Shown here: in pieces, positions 26,838-37,494 of the stretch
How the letters are laid out: each line of letters begins with the position of its first letter
Position numbering within the stretch: the first letter of the stretch is position 1
Source: Candidatus Tayloriibacteriota bacterium
GTDB lineage: Bacteria; Patescibacteriota; Minisyncoccia; Phycocordibacterales; PALSA-1337
Assembly (NCBI GenBank): GCA_003151615.1
Contig: PLXZ01000004.1
Location: 173,285-237,284 of the forward strand
DNA: 64,000 nucleotides
Direction: 5' to 3'
Made by a program: the position numbers and the translations under genes
The notes under the pieces: model-generated
Told to the model about the DNA's origin: nothing
What the model saw: the letters and a program-made list of their open reading frames with translations, nothing else
Database searches by the model: none

Positions 26838-28457
26838 ATGAAAAAGAAGCAAGTAAATGAAAAACCATTAGAAGACATAAAATACGCCGCCAGTTATATC
26901 AGAGTGTCGACCCAAGACCAGCTCAACGGGCTTTCAATTGAGGTTCAAGAAAAACTGTGCCAACGAAGAGCCGAAGAAGCAGGGTACAAAGTATCTGAAG
27001 TCCTTGACGACGGAGGTATTAGCGGACACAACGACAATCGCCCAGGATTGCACCGCTTGAAAGAATTGATTACGACAAAAAAGATAACGGCTATAGTCGC
27101 TCTATCGTCCGAACGCCTTTTCCGCAACACCCGCTCGCATCTCGACTTTATGGAGTGCGTCTTTACTTACGGTGTTCATCTCCTTTACGTCAATGGGGCA
27201 ACACCTGAAAACAACGCAAGTTCAAGGATGCAGGACACAGTTCTTGCAAGTATGAATCAGTTTTATAGAGATCAAATATCTGACAAAGTGAAAGGTGTCC
27301 TCTATGAAAAGGCCAAAATGGGCTATTACCCCTCTCGACCTCCAGCAGGATATATGAATGTTCCAAACCCAGACAAGAATGCAGAACGCATGGCGCAAAA
27401 GCTCGTAGTGCCAGACCCAAACACAGCTCCATTCATCAAAGAAATGTTTACGCTCTACGCCACAGGAAATTTCAACGTCTACGACCTTTGCGACATTATG
27501 TACGAAAAGGGCTTGCGAAGCAGAAAGGATGGCAAAATATCGCCAAGTAGACTTCACGATATGCTGAGAAGCCGTTTTTACATCGGTGAGCTTGTATGGG
27601 GGCCAATCAGCAACATAGAGGGGAAACACGAGCCTATCATTGATGAAGCGGCCTTTAATCAAGTGCAAATGATTTTAACAGCACGCAATCACCACGCCTG
27701 TCGGCGGCGGAAATACCAATGGCTTTTAAACGGCTATCTCTACTGCTACAAGCACGACAACCGTTATACGGCCGAATGGCACACAATCGGAAATAGACGC
27801 ATTGCATATTACCATTGCGCCAACAAAAGCGGTTGCGGCAAGTATTCCGAACAAGTAGACCTAGAAGCTAAAGTTGCCGAAAAATTCAAGGACTTGGAGT
27901 TTAGTCCTGCGTTTATTAAAGAGGTGATCGCCGAAGCAAAGGCGACATTCAACGAACAGCGAAAGGGCTACGACAAAAAGAAACAAGGCCTCATCAATCA
28001 GCGTACCGCTTTCGACCGACGGCGCAAGGTTATGGAAGACAAACTTTTCGACGGCGTAATCGGCGATGACGACTTCAAAAAGAACCGAGCCGAAGTTATG
28101 GCTGAAATACAACGGATTGAGGTGAAGCTATCGGACTTGGAAAAAAGCAGGGAGGTCAGAGTTGATGAAGCGGAGCAGATACTTCGTTTTACGAAGAATA
28201 TTTACGACGCATATCAAAAGGCATCGCCAGATCTCAAGCGGCACTATTTAGGCTTCTTTTGGTCACGCTTTGAGGTAAGTGATAAGGTTATAATAACGTC
28301 TACTCCCTCGCTTCTTTTCGCTGAACTTTTGAAGCTAAAACACGCTATTTTTAGAAGGTCAGAAACGCAAAAACACAAAGGACTGAATAGATCTAACAAA
28401 GTTATATTAGGAGGTCTACGGCTCCGCATGTTGAACGAAGTCAGAACCTGCATTTAG
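26838..28457 (+). CDS. Large serine recombinase (resolvase N-domain + recombinase domain + Zn-ribbon + coiled coil)
   Basis: AASYIRVSTQDQ (catalytic Ser), DGGISGHNDNRPGL, recombinase-domain block, C...C.C...CGK zinc ribbon. 539 aa. The last 30 nt equal repeat family C. Confidence 0.8.
   Translation: MKKKQVNEKPLEDIKYAASYIRVSTQDQLNGLSIEVQEKLCQRRAEEAGYKVSEVLDDGGISGHNDNRPGLHRLKELITTKKITAIVALSSERLFRNTRSHLDFMECVFTYGVHLLYVNGATPENNASSRMQDTVLASMNQFYRDQISDKVKGVLYEKAKMGYYPSRPPAGYMNVPNPDKNAERMAQKLVVPDPNTAPFIKEMFTLYATGNFNVYDLCDIMYEKGLRSRKDGKISPSRLHDMLRSRFYIGELVWGPISNIEGKHEPIIDEAAFNQVQMILTARNHHACRRRKYQWLLNGYLYCYKHDNRYTAEWHTIGNRRIAYYHCANKSGCGKYSEQVDLEAKVAEKFKDLEFSPAFIKEVIAEAKATFNEQRKGYDKKKQGLINQRTAFDRRRKVMEDKLFDGVIGDDDFKKNRAEVMAEIQRIEVKLSDLEKSREVRVDEAEQILRFTKNIYDAYQKASPDLKRHYLGFFWSRFEVSDKVIITSTPSLLFAELLKLKHAIFRRSETQKHKGLNRSNKVILGGLRLRMLNEVRTCI
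28421..28450. repeat. Family C repeat copy 3, coincident with the 3' end of the serine recombinase ORF
   Basis: gctccgcatgttgaacgaagtcagaacctg, 28/30 identical to 13166-13195. Confidence 0.6.
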
Positions 28458-28534
28458 ACCTAAGATCAGCTTTCTAGGAGGCCTTTCCACAGATCCGAGT
28501 ACCGCATATTGGTTATCTCTGTTAAAATACTGGT

Positions 28535-29620
28535 ATGAGCAGTAATGCACTACTATCTTTATCAAAGACAAATAAAGTTTCGGAGCAAAATAAATTTGTG
28601 GCAGCTCAACCGATGCCAACAATTGATATTGAAAACAGGCGATATATCGGTAGCAAAGCAAAACTTTTAGATTGGATTTTTGATCACATAAAAAAAGAAT
28701 GCAAAGGAAATAGCTTCGCTGATATTTTTGCCGGTACAGGCGTTGTTTCCGCTAGGGCAGCGAGATCATTCAACAAGATTATCTTGAACGATATTTTGCA
28801 TTCGAACTTTGCTTCATATCAGGGATTTTTTGCGCAGGAAAAATATGATAGGGAAAAAATATTTAATTTTGTAGCACATTACAATTCTCTAGATGCTAAG
28901 GATATCAAGCATACATTTTTTTCAAAAGCATTTGGCGGAAAGTATTTCAATGTACCTGCGGCAAAACTTATAGGATACATTCGCGAAGACTTAAATAAGA
29001 GAAAATCAGAATTAAATAACAAAGAGTATCATATTTTGTTAACATCTTTGCTATATTCAGCTGACAAAATTGCGAATACCGTAGGACATTACGAGGCATA
29101 TTTTAAGAAAAGTATTTCAGATCGTAAATTTATTTTTAGACTAATCGAACCTTTGATCAAAGCGGGTAGAGTTTCTATTCACAGAGAGGACGCCAATGAA
29201 TTGGCAAAGAGCTTGAAAGCTGACATTGTTTACATTGATCCGCCTTATAATTCAAGACAGTATAGTCGCTTCTACCATGTCCTAGAAACACTCGCTCTTT
29301 GGGACAACCCCAAGCTTTTTGGTGTTGCACTTAAGAGGCCAGAGGAGAATATGAGCGAATATTGCAGAAACAATGCGGTCAATGCATTCGCTGATCTAAT
29401 TGGTAAACTAAATGCTAAGTATATTGTTGTTTCCTACAATAATACCTATAACTCAAAAAGCTCATCGTCGAGAAATAAGATCGAGCTTGAAGATATAAAG
29501 AGCATTTTGACCAGTAAGGGTAAGACAAAGATTTTCAAAAAAAGTCACCAATTCTTTAACGCAGGTAAGACAGACTTCAACGATCATCAGGAATGGCTTT
29601 TTATCACGGAAGTATTATGA
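28535..29620 (+). CDS. DNA N6-adenine methyltransferase, D12/Dam class (first of two)
   Basis: RYIGSKAKLLDWI (D12 class motif I) and VYIDPPYNSRQY (DPPY catalytic motif). Confidence 0.75.
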   Translation: MSSNALLSLSKTNKVSEQNKFVAAQPMPTIDIENRRYIGSKAKLLDWIFDHIKKECKGNSFADIFAGTGVVSARAARSFNKIILNDILHSNFASYQGFFAQEKYDREKIFNFVAHYNSLDAKDIKHTFFSKAFGGKYFNVPAAKLIGYIREDLNKRKSELNNKEYHILLTSLLYSADKIANTVGHYEAYFKKSISDRKFIFRLIEPLIKAGRVSIHREDANELAKSLKADIVYIDPPYNSRQYSRFYHVLETLALWDNPKLFGVALKRPEENMSEYCRNNAVNAFADLIGKLNAKYIVVSYNNTYNSKSSSSRNKIELEDIKSILTSKGKTKIFKKSHQFFNAGKTDFNDHQEWLFITEVL

Positions 29621-30525
29621 AATCAGACACATCGATTAAAAGATCACCGTTTTTTTATGTCGGTGATAAGTTCAAACTAATAAAAGAGATAAAGCAATAT
29701 TTTCCAGAGAAAATAGATTCCTTTGCCGAACCTTTTTTGGGTGGAGGGAGTGTTTTTTTAAATGTGGATGCGAAAAAGCATTTTGTTAATGATATTGATA
29801 TTAATGTTATAAATCTTCACAAGTATTTAGCTAACTCCTCAAAAAAAGAAAAGGAGTTCTTCGGAAAAATTAAGAAAATCGTGCAAAGGTATAATCTCTC
29901 CCGATCATTTTTTGAGGACGTAGTCCCTCTTTCTTTGAGAAAAACATGGCTGAAGACATATTATGCCCACTTCAACAGAGACGGCTATAACAAAATGAAG
30001 AGTGAGTACAACAAGGTAAAAAAAGATACTCTAATTTTGTATCTGTTGCTCATATACGGTTTCAATAGGATGCTGAGGTTCAATAAGAAAGGCGAATTTA
30101 ATATTCCTGTTGGAAACGTTGATTTTAATCGGAATGTCGTGAATGCGCTTCATGATTATTTTGAAGCTATGAAAAGCAAAGATGTTGTTTTTTCTAGCAA
30201 GGATTTTAAGAAATTTATTTTAGACCTAAAGCTAAATAAAAATGACTTTGTGTATGTTGATCCACCATATTTAATCTCTGCAAGTGAGTACAACAAGCTT
30301 TGGAATGAAGATTTAGATCGAGAACTAATGAGTACTTTGGATATGTTGGATAAAAAAGACATAAGATTCGCTCTCTCCAATGTCACGGCATACAATGGTA
30401 AAAAGAACGAAAAATTGATATCTTGGATGAGTAAATACAAGGTTCATCCAATAAAGAGTAATTACATCAGCTATCACAACAATAAGAAAAAGCAAATAAA
30501 CGAAGTCCTGATCACAAATTATTAA
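29593..30525 (+). CDS. DNA N6-adenine methyltransferase, D12/Dam class (second)
   Basis: FFYVGDKFKLIKEI... and VYVDPPYLISASEY. Overlaps the first MTase by 28 nt. True start may be M at 29617. Confidence 0.7.
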   Translation: MAFYHGSIMKSDTSIKRSPFFYVGDKFKLIKEIKQYFPEKIDSFAEPFLGGGSVFLNVDAKKHFVNDIDINVINLHKYLANSSKKEKEFFGKIKKIVQRYNLSRSFFEDVVPLSLRKTWLKTYYAHFNRDGYNKMKSEYNKVKKDTLILYLLLIYGFNRMLRFNKKGEFNIPVGNVDFNRNVVNALHDYFEAMKSKDVVFSSKDFKKFILDLKLNKNDFVYVDPPYLISASEYNKLWNEDLDRELMSTLDMLDKKDIRFALSNVTAYNGKKNEKLISWMSKYKVHPIKSNYISYHNNKKKQINEVLITNY

Positions 30526-30526
30526 C

Positions 30527-32128
30527 ATGCCCACCTCACGAAACAACGAATATAAACCATTACTTTTTACGACGACTGTCAGAAATCCAAGTCGCCTAAA
30601 AGCGTTGTTGAGTGTACTTCACAAATTTAATAGCCAAGAGTTAACGAATGATCTCTCTGTGAAGATAATGGGTGAGTTAATTAGGTATGGATTATACAGA
30701 CCAACAAGAGCCGTGTCGTCAGAAATCGAAAAGAAGTGGGGATCAAAAAGAATAACAGATAACTCAACAATCGGTCTTCAGCTCCTTGCAGATGATGAGG
30801 TCGCCACGTTGCTCGACAAGAACCCACAAGCTCATAAAGAGGCAGGTTTTGATCGAGGTTGGCCATCACGATTTGCGACAGTGTTCGATTTAGCTAAGGA
30901 ACTTGGGTTTGTTTTTTATACAGTTGGTGAGAAGATTGAATTTTCCGAGATCGGGTCAAAGCTTGCAAACTCGATTGAAATAAAGATTCAAGAGGATAAT
31001 ATTTTAGTAGAAGATACTCACCCTGAATTTGAGCAGCAAGCTTTTCTGCATGCACTTGCCAAGTATCAAAGAAAAAATCCTTTCGTACGTGTTTTGAACG
31101 ATAATGCCCCGCTTATACTTTTGCTTGAGGTTATTCAGAAGATAAATGCTGACAACAATTTTAATGCATCTGGTATTTCTAAATTGGAGCTCCCGCTTTT
31201 TATTTACTGGAAGAATAATGATTCCGAAGCGCTTTATCAGAGAATAAAGAAGCTTCGTAATGATTTTGGCTATTCACCTACATGGGAAACGATATGTGAT
31301 ATTTGCAGAAACGAAATAATGCAGGGTGAGGACTCCACTAGGAAAGATAAATCAATCATGCTCGAGTATCCCGATGAATATATAAGGAAGATGCGTCTTA
31401 CCGGACTCATCTCTTTGAGAGGTGGTGGTAGATTCGTTGATATAAATAAAAATGAGCAAGAGAAGGTAGATTATATCCTCAAGGTATATTCAACTTATAA
31501 TAAATATCCCACCGAGCGAGAATATTTTAATTATGTCTCTACGATCGACGAGAACCTTGTCACTGTCGGCGCCAAGGCTGTAACGATTGAAGAGAAAGAT
31601 CGTTATCTTGAGAAATGGGTCAATGAATATTCATGGCCCAAAATTCGCGAGGAAATGACGAATCTTGCTGATAAGAAGCTTACCAAAGACGACGTTCTGA
31701 AATATCTTTCGAATCCAATAAGATTGGAGTTTCTTACTGCAATAGCAATAAAATCAAAGTTTCCGAATATTAAGGTCATCGCAAACTATCCCGTAGATGA
31801 CGAGGGTTTGCCTACATCGACAGCAGCCGGAGTCAACGATATGGGCGACATTGAGTGTTACGAAAATCATAATGGTGTTCTCGTTGAGGTGACAATGTCC
31901 GAGGGCCGATCGCAGACTATGATGGAAGTGTGGCCGATCACGCGTCATCTTGAGAAATTCAGCAAGAAGACAGAGGACGCCATGTGTTATTTTGTTGCCC
32001 CAAGCCTGTACACCGATTCAATAAGGCAAATAGACTATTCAAAACAACAGTACAATATTTCGATTGTACCAAAGACAATAAAAGATTTTTTGAATCACCT
32101 AGAAAGTACTCAAACACTCTATGTTTAA
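30527..32128 (+). CDS. Putative restriction endonuclease, large (533 aa), likely Type IIS (AlwI/MlyI/PleI-family-like) partner of the two MTases
   Basis: Start 2 nt after the second MTase stop. The two-Dam-like-MTase-plus-large-REase arrangement is characteristic of Type IIS systems. C-terminal D..E.YE...VLVEVT resembles a PD-(D/E)xK core. Family assignment is inference. Confidence 0.45.
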   Translation: MPTSRNNEYKPLLFTTTVRNPSRLKALLSVLHKFNSQELTNDLSVKIMGELIRYGLYRPTRAVSSEIEKKWGSKRITDNSTIGLQLLADDEVATLLDKNPQAHKEAGFDRGWPSRFATVFDLAKELGFVFYTVGEKIEFSEIGSKLANSIEIKIQEDNILVEDTHPEFEQQAFLHALAKYQRKNPFVRVLNDNAPLILLLEVIQKINADNNFNASGISKLELPLFIYWKNNDSEALYQRIKKLRNDFGYSPTWETICDICRNEIMQGEDSTRKDKSIMLEYPDEYIRKMRLTGLISLRGGGRFVDINKNEQEKVDYILKVYSTYNKYPTEREYFNYVSTIDENLVTVGAKAVTIEEKDRYLEKWVNEYSWPKIREEMTNLADKKLTKDDVLKYLSNPIRLEFLTAIAIKSKFPNIKVIANYPVDDEGLPTSTAAGVNDMGDIECYENHNGVLVEVTMSEGRSQTMMEVWPITRHLEKFSKKTEDAMCYFVAPSLYTDSIRQIDYSKQQYNISIVPKTIKDFLNHLESTQTLYV

Positions 32129-32207
32129 TCATAAACTCGGATGCTACTTAATTTTATTGACCACATAAACAGGAAGTTCTTGAGCTGGAAGGTATAATAA
32201 TAAAAAA

Positions 32208-32654
32208 ATGACAAAAGCCGCAGACATGCTCGCAAATATGATGAAAGACCAAAACATCCAACCGCTTACACCGGCAATCATTCCTGTAGTTAAGAGTGCG
32301 ATTATTCCGACACAACCGCCAAAGAAGAAAAGAGGACGCCCAACAGCAATTACCCCAGACGTTTGTCGGAAAATAGAGGAGGTAGCAGCACTCGGCGGAA
32401 CTATCGAAGAAATGGCTATATATGGGGATATTCACAGAGATACGCTCTATGCTTACCTCAAACAAAATCCGGAGTTTTCCGACAGAATAGGAGCATTGCG
32501 TCAGAGACCCATTCTCAAGGCTCGTATTACTGTAATAAACAGCTTAAGTGAGCCACATCATGCCCAGTGGTATCTTGAACGCAAGGCACGCAAGGAATTT
32601 TCGCTGAAAGGAGAGGAGGATCCCACGATAAGGGTATTACAAATAGATATTTAA
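32208..32654 (+). CDS. Phage-like HTH protein (terminase small-subunit/homeodomain-like N-terminus)
   Basis: KKKRGRPTAITPDVCRKIEEVAALGGTIEEMAIYGDIHRDTLYAYLKQNPEFSDRI is the classic phage TerS/helix-turn-helix pattern. Confidence 0.4.
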   Translation: MTKAADMLANMMKDQNIQPLTPAIIPVVKSAIIPTQPPKKKRGRPTAITPDVCRKIEEVAALGGTIEEMAIYGDIHRDTLYAYLKQNPEFSDRIGALRQRPILKARITVINSLSEPHHAQWYLERKARKEFSLKGEEDPTIRVLQIDI

Positions 32655-32697
32655 AAAAGAGCTGAACAAATGCAGGACTATATGATATCCTTAGCGC

Positions 32698-33108
32698 ATG
32701 ATAAAAACTGAAAGCGCCGGCGGTGTCGTAAAAAACAAGGAAGGAAAAATCCTAGTTGTCAGCCAAAGGGGGACTTCATGGTCTTTGCCCAAAGGTCATA
32801 TAGAGCCGGGAGAAAATGCTCGAGAGGCTTCAAAAAGAGAAATTGAGGAAGAATCGGGGTTAACGAATATCACTTTCATCAAAGAACTGGGTACCTACTC
32901 CAGATTTAAAATAGCGAAGGACGGGGGTGAAGATACTTCTGAAAAAAAGACGTTGCATATCTTTCTGTATGAGACGGATCAAGATAAACTCAAACCAATT
33001 GATCCTGATAACCCTGAAGCTCGCTGGGTTGAACCAAATAAGGTTGCCGATTTACTGACACATCCGAAAGACAAAGAGTTTTTTATAAAGATTTTACCGA
33101 CCATATGA
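32698..33108 (+). CDS. NUDIX hydrolase
   Basis: Nudix box GHIEPGENAREASKREIEEESG (Gx5Ex7REUxEExGU). Confidence 0.7.
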   Translation: MIKTESAGGVVKNKEGKILVVSQRGTSWSLPKGHIEPGENAREASKREIEEESGLTNITFIKELGTYSRFKIAKDGGEDTSEKKTLHIFLYETDQDKLKPIDPDNPEARWVEPNKVADLLTHPKDKEFFIKILPTI

Positions 33109-33413
33109 ACAAAAAAGTCATAGTCTATGTTCCACTCTCCCACGCTGACAAGGTTCGTGAAGCTATTGCTCAAGTTGGTGGTGGAAGACTTGGTAAATAT
33201 ACCCACTGTTCATTTTCAACGAAAGGAATAGGGCGATTTAGACCCGAAAAAGGTGCGAATCCCCACATCGGTAAAGTAGGGATAATAGAAAGCGTTGAGG
33301 AAGAAAGGATCGAGGTAACATGTGTCGCTAACATTATCAATGCCGTCATTGCAGCTATCAAAAAAGTTCATCCATATGAAGAGATTCCAATTGACGTATA
33401 TAATTTAGAATAA
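33105..33413 (+). CDS. Small hypothetical protein (PII/CutA-like fold suspected)
   Basis: 102 aa. C-terminal HPYEEIPIDVY resembles the CutA/PII-like motif. Weak. Confidence 0.35.
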   Translation: MNKKVIVYVPLSHADKVREAIAQVGGGRLGKYTHCSFSTKGIGRFRPEKGANPHIGKVGIIESVEEERIEVTCVANIINAVIAAIKKVHPYEEIPIDVYNLE

Positions 33414-33628
33414 TTATGTCAGAAACCATTTTTATGACAAATGAAGAGTTGATAGAAAAATATAAAAGTCTACACCGAGAAAAAACAGGTATGGAATTGT
33501 CAGACGAGGAGGCTTTTTCTCAGGCCATGAATCTTGTTGCGTTAGTTAAAGATGTCTATAAACCCATTCCTTCCAATTTTATGAATCTATAAAAAATCTA
33601 ATCCTTTTTTTTGAAAAGTACGAAACAG

Positions 33629-33934
33629 CTAAGGTCTTTGAAACCACGCCACTATCCATCCGATTATGAAACCGATAAGTCCGTAGCAAGCTAAGGTAAT
33701 CCCATACACTGTGCCTGGTTTGTTAAAATCGAAACCTCCTTCGGGTGGCGAATTGTGCCCTGCCCAAGCTAGTCCTGCAATTATCATTATTACAGAAAAG
33801 AAAATAATCCATTTGCCAGTTTTTCGAACAGGGGAGCCGTGTACGGTTATGTGCTTCGTTCCTCCAATGCCAAACCAAGCAACGATAACTGCGACGATAA
33901 TACCCCCTGTGACCGTGATCAATAACTGAGTCAT
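33629..33934 (-). CDS. Hypothetical three-TM membrane protein
   Basis: 101-aa ORF, hydrophobic helices. Confidence 0.4.
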   Translation of the reverse strand: MTQLLITVTGGIIVAVIVAWFGIGGTKHITVHGSPVRKTGKWIIFFSVIMIIAGLAWAGHNSPPEGGFDFNKPGTVYGITLACYGLIGFIIGWIVAWFQRP

Positions 33935-34047
33935 AATAAACTACTCTATTCCTTAATATCAGCAAAGTAAAGTAGGTTACCCGCGTGATAAGTGTTTTCT
34001 CAACTCATCAATAAAATAACGCATTTCCTGACCTCCAAAAGCGCTAA

Positions 34048-37000
34048 ATGTCCATAAATGTTAAAATAGCTTTTCTCATGAACGACGAAACGCCCAATGC
34101 AATACCACCAGATAAATTTAAGTTTGACGATCCCCGTCAGAATACAATTTTCGATTACCTGAAAAGACTGGTCGGTGAGGGTGCGGCATCTTTCTATAAA
34201 GATGCTTGCCGTCACATGGTGACAAAGCCTCCTTTTGAGACTACGACGCATATCATTAGCCATCTTTTGCGCGAAGTCGAAAGCGCCCTTCGAGCCGTAC
34301 TCGAAGGGATAACTGAGCCAGCCCCTACCGGAGAAGGTAGGCACAAAAAGCAGATACAAATAATCCTGAAAGCCCTTGATATTCCTGAAAATGAACTGGT
34401 TGGTAGGGCTTGGTTGGAGTTGCCGGGAGATAACGGTTTCCAAGACACGGCTCACAGAAATAATCTTGATGCCGCGCGTCCAATGGACAACGATTTCAAG
34501 ACCAGATGGGATAATTTCAATTTGATTCTGCTATCCGTCCTAGGAAAATTCGAGACTCAATATACGAAAGTTTTTGTGACACTCAATGAGCTTGCGAAAA
34601 AGACAATGCCCGTGCAAGCAGACGTCAATACTTTAAAATTGCACATCCCAAATAATCGAGCGGCTCACGAACATTTTTTCAAAAAGATAGATTCACCCCT
34701 GTGGTTACCATTACTTAATGACGCGGGATTTTTTGCATCACCGCCCGCGCCCGAAAAAGATATAGAGAATAACAGTGTCCGCTACCCAGCTTGGCCGGTG
34801 CTTATCTATCTCGGAAAAGTCGCCACGGCATCACCAGATTTGGTGACTCAGATTCTGTCAGGTATTCCAGAAACAGAAAATGGTACTGTGAAAGCTGGGT
34901 TGATCGAGATAACGACCCTTTTGCCAAAAGAAAAGAAACTGGAGCTGATTCTGTGTGTAAAAAAATGGATGAATGCTGACAATCAATTCTTCAGCTCAAT
35001 AAAATCCATCGAACTCATAAAATCATTAGCAACTGATAAGGAGATAGATTCAGCCTTTACGTTGTCACGTGAGCTCCTGGAGTTTATTCCTGATCCTACA
35101 GTTCCCAAACCGATCGAGGGAACTGACTGGATACCTTCACGTGAGCCAAGGACAATTATAGATAAATGGCAGTACGCAAGGTTTCTACAAGATGATTTTC
35201 CGGCCATTGCACAGCAAGATCCTTTAAAGGCTCTTGGGCTTCTTTGTGACATGCTTACACGGTTCTACGATCTGAGCCATACCGGAAAGGCGGAGGAACC
35301 TCTTGAGGATTACTCTTACATCAGCCGACCGTTGATTGAGACATCGGATCATCTCCATCGCGATGATATCGATGATTCTTTGATGGAAGCGATACTGAGC
35401 GTATCAATCAATGGGATCAAAGAGGACTCTGCTTTTCTGGAAAAAAGTATCTCCAAACTGAAAAAACAAAAGTGGCCTGTGTTCACTCGCATTATCCTGT
35501 ACCTCTTGAGCAAGCATCCGATCATAAATCCGGACCTCACGATTAACTATGTATTAACTACTGAGTTTTTGGATAATCAAAACTATGGCCATGAGTACCC
35601 CTTACTGCTGAATAATGGCTTCAATTTACTTAGTTCTGAGCAGAAGAAAGTGATATTTGACCTGATTGAAAAAGCAGAGCTGATAAAAGAGCGCATTGAA
35701 ACGCGACCGGACCCAGTATCTGCGGAAAACGCAGACAAGATAGTGAAGGGCTGGCAACGTGACAAACTATCAATCATCGCAACTCATCTTGAGGGTGATC
35801 GAAAGAAGGGTTATGAAACACTGGTCGCTGATATGGGCAAAGCAGAGGATGAAGAAGTTCGACACAAGCGTTCGGGAGTTTTCGTTGGACCTGTAAGTGA
35901 TGTGGATGCTGAACGGATAAGCAAGATGACTCTTAATGAATTTATTGGGCTTCTGAAAACATGGCAACCAAAGAAGGGTGATTTCGGTTTCGGTCCCAGC
36001 AAGGAAGGACTTGGACGGGAGATCAGTGCCGCAGTCAAAAAAGAACCTGCTCAATTTTCCACTTACGCTATATCTCTCGTCGGTTTTGATCCAACATACG
36101 TCCGTAATTATCTTCAGGCATTTTCTGAAATCACACAGAATAATATTCTGTTCGAATGGAAAGCGATAGTCGATCTGGGCGTGTGGATATCAGAGCAACC
36201 TCGTGAGATTCCAGGAAGAATAGTTGGCCACGTATTCGACGAGGATGTTGATTGGGGTTGGACGAGGAGAGCTCTGATAACTTTGATTTCAAATGGCCTG
36301 AACAATAACTCGATTCCGTATGAGCTACACGAAAAAGTGTGGAAAATTATTGAAATCCTTACCGACGATCCTAATCCGACGTCGGAGCAAGAGCTGACCA
36401 GAGAAGGAACACTGACAGAAGATGCCTATGGACTCACGATCAATACCGTCCGTGGTGAGGCAATGACCGCTGTCGTTGAGTACGGATTATGGATCACTCG
36501 GTTGATAGATAAGTTGCCTGAAAACAAGAAGCCGACTCTAAAAGGGTTTGCCCTCCTGCCAAAGATCCAGTCCATTCTCGAAAAGCATTTAACAAACGAT
36601 CCGTCCATAGCTGTCCGCGCCGTATATGGACGCTATTTCCCATGGATTCTATACCTAGGAAACGATTGGACTCTCGCACACGTCAAAGATATTTTCCCGC
36701 CTGGTGGATTTAATACCCCTCTGTATGACGCGGCATGGGAAACGTATGTCACCTATGTCTCCGTCTACAATGATGTATTCGAGGTCCTCCGCGATCAATA
36801 CATGGAAGCGGTAAAAAACATCGGGACAGCAACAAAAAAGAAAAGCCATATAGATAGGGACAATAGTCTTGTTGGGCACCTCATGACCATGTTCTGGAGG
36901 GGTAAATTGGCCATCGGGGACATTCTATTTACCACCTTCTGGAAAACAGCGGATGCTGATACGAGAGGTCATGCAATGGATTTCATCGGTCGCAGTCTAC

Positions 37001-37494
37001 ACAACATGACAGAGCCACTAGAACCTGAGGAAACTGGACTATTGAAATCTCTTTGGAAATATAGAATCGAGGAAGCGGAAGCGGCGCAAGACAGAACGTC
37101 TTATCAAAAAGAGATGGACGCTTTTGGATGGTGGTTCGAAAGTGGAAAGTTTGATGAAGATTGGGCGATCAAAGAGTTTCTGAGGAGTCTCGATATAGCT
37201 AAAGGTATGAGATCAGATTACTTCGTCATCGACCGCTTGGTCATTCTGGTTGAGAGCAGACCGCTGGAGGCTCTTCAGATTCTCGAAAAGTTAATCCAGT
37301 CCGACAGACCCCAGTGGTTTATATTCGGAAATGAAAGCGATATCAGAACGATATTCACTCGAGCTCTTCATTCTCCCGAGGCAACAGCACAGAAAATGGC
37401 AACGGACCTGATCAACAGACTCGTCGCCAAGGGTTATAGTTCTTATAGTGATTTACTGTTACCTCCTCCAATTAGCCAGATTGTTATGGACTAA
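34048..37494 (+). CDS. Large hypothetical protein (1148 aa), mostly alpha-helical/W-rich, no recognised catalytic motif
   Basis: Single uninterrupted ORF. Composition suggests helical repeats. Sits between the R-M/NUDIX genes and a convergent hypothetical gene. Confidence 0.55.
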   Translation: MSINVKIAFLMNDETPNAIPPDKFKFDDPRQNTIFDYLKRLVGEGAASFYKDACRHMVTKPPFETTTHIISHLLREVESALRAVLEGITEPAPTGEGRHKKQIQIILKALDIPENELVGRAWLELPGDNGFQDTAHRNNLDAARPMDNDFKTRWDNFNLILLSVLGKFETQYTKVFVTLNELAKKTMPVQADVNTLKLHIPNNRAAHEHFFKKIDSPLWLPLLNDAGFFASPPAPEKDIENNSVRYPAWPVLIYLGKVATASPDLVTQILSGIPETENGTVKAGLIEITTLLPKEKKLELILCVKKWMNADNQFFSSIKSIELIKSLATDKEIDSAFTLSRELLEFIPDPTVPKPIEGTDWIPSREPRTIIDKWQYARFLQDDFPAIAQQDPLKALGLLCDMLTRFYDLSHTGKAEEPLEDYSYISRPLIETSDHLHRDDIDDSLMEAILSVSINGIKEDSAFLEKSISKLKKQKWPVFTRIILYLLSKHPIINPDLTINYVLTTEFLDNQNYGHEYPLLLNNGFNLLSSEQKKVIFDLIEKAELIKERIETRPDPVSAENADKIVKGWQRDKLSIIATHLEGDRKKGYETLVADMGKAEDEEVRHKRSGVFVGPVSDVDAERISKMTLNEFIGLLKTWQPKKGDFGFGPSKEGLGREISAAVKKEPAQFSTYAISLVGFDPTYVRNYLQAFSEITQNNILFEWKAIVDLGVWISEQPREIPGRIVGHVFDEDVDWGWTRRALITLISNGLNNNSIPYELHEKVWKIIEILTDDPNPTSEQELTREGTLTEDAYGLTINTVRGEAMTAVVEYGLWITRLIDKLPENKKPTLKGFALLPKIQSILEKHLTNDPSIAVRAVYGRYFPWILYLGNDWTLAHVKDIFPPGGFNTPLYDAAWETYVTYVSVYNDVFEVLRDQYMEAVKNIGTATKKKSHIDRDNSLVGHLMTMFWRGKLAIGDILFTTFWKTADADTRGHAMDFIGRSLHNMTEPLEPEETGLLKSLWKYRIEEAEAAQDRTSYQKEMDAFGWWFESGKFDEDWAIKEFLRSLDIAKGMRSDYFVIDRLVILVESRPLEALQILEKLIQSDRPQWFIFGNESDIRTIFTRALHSPEATAQKMATDLINRLVAKGYSSYSDLLLPPPISQIVMD

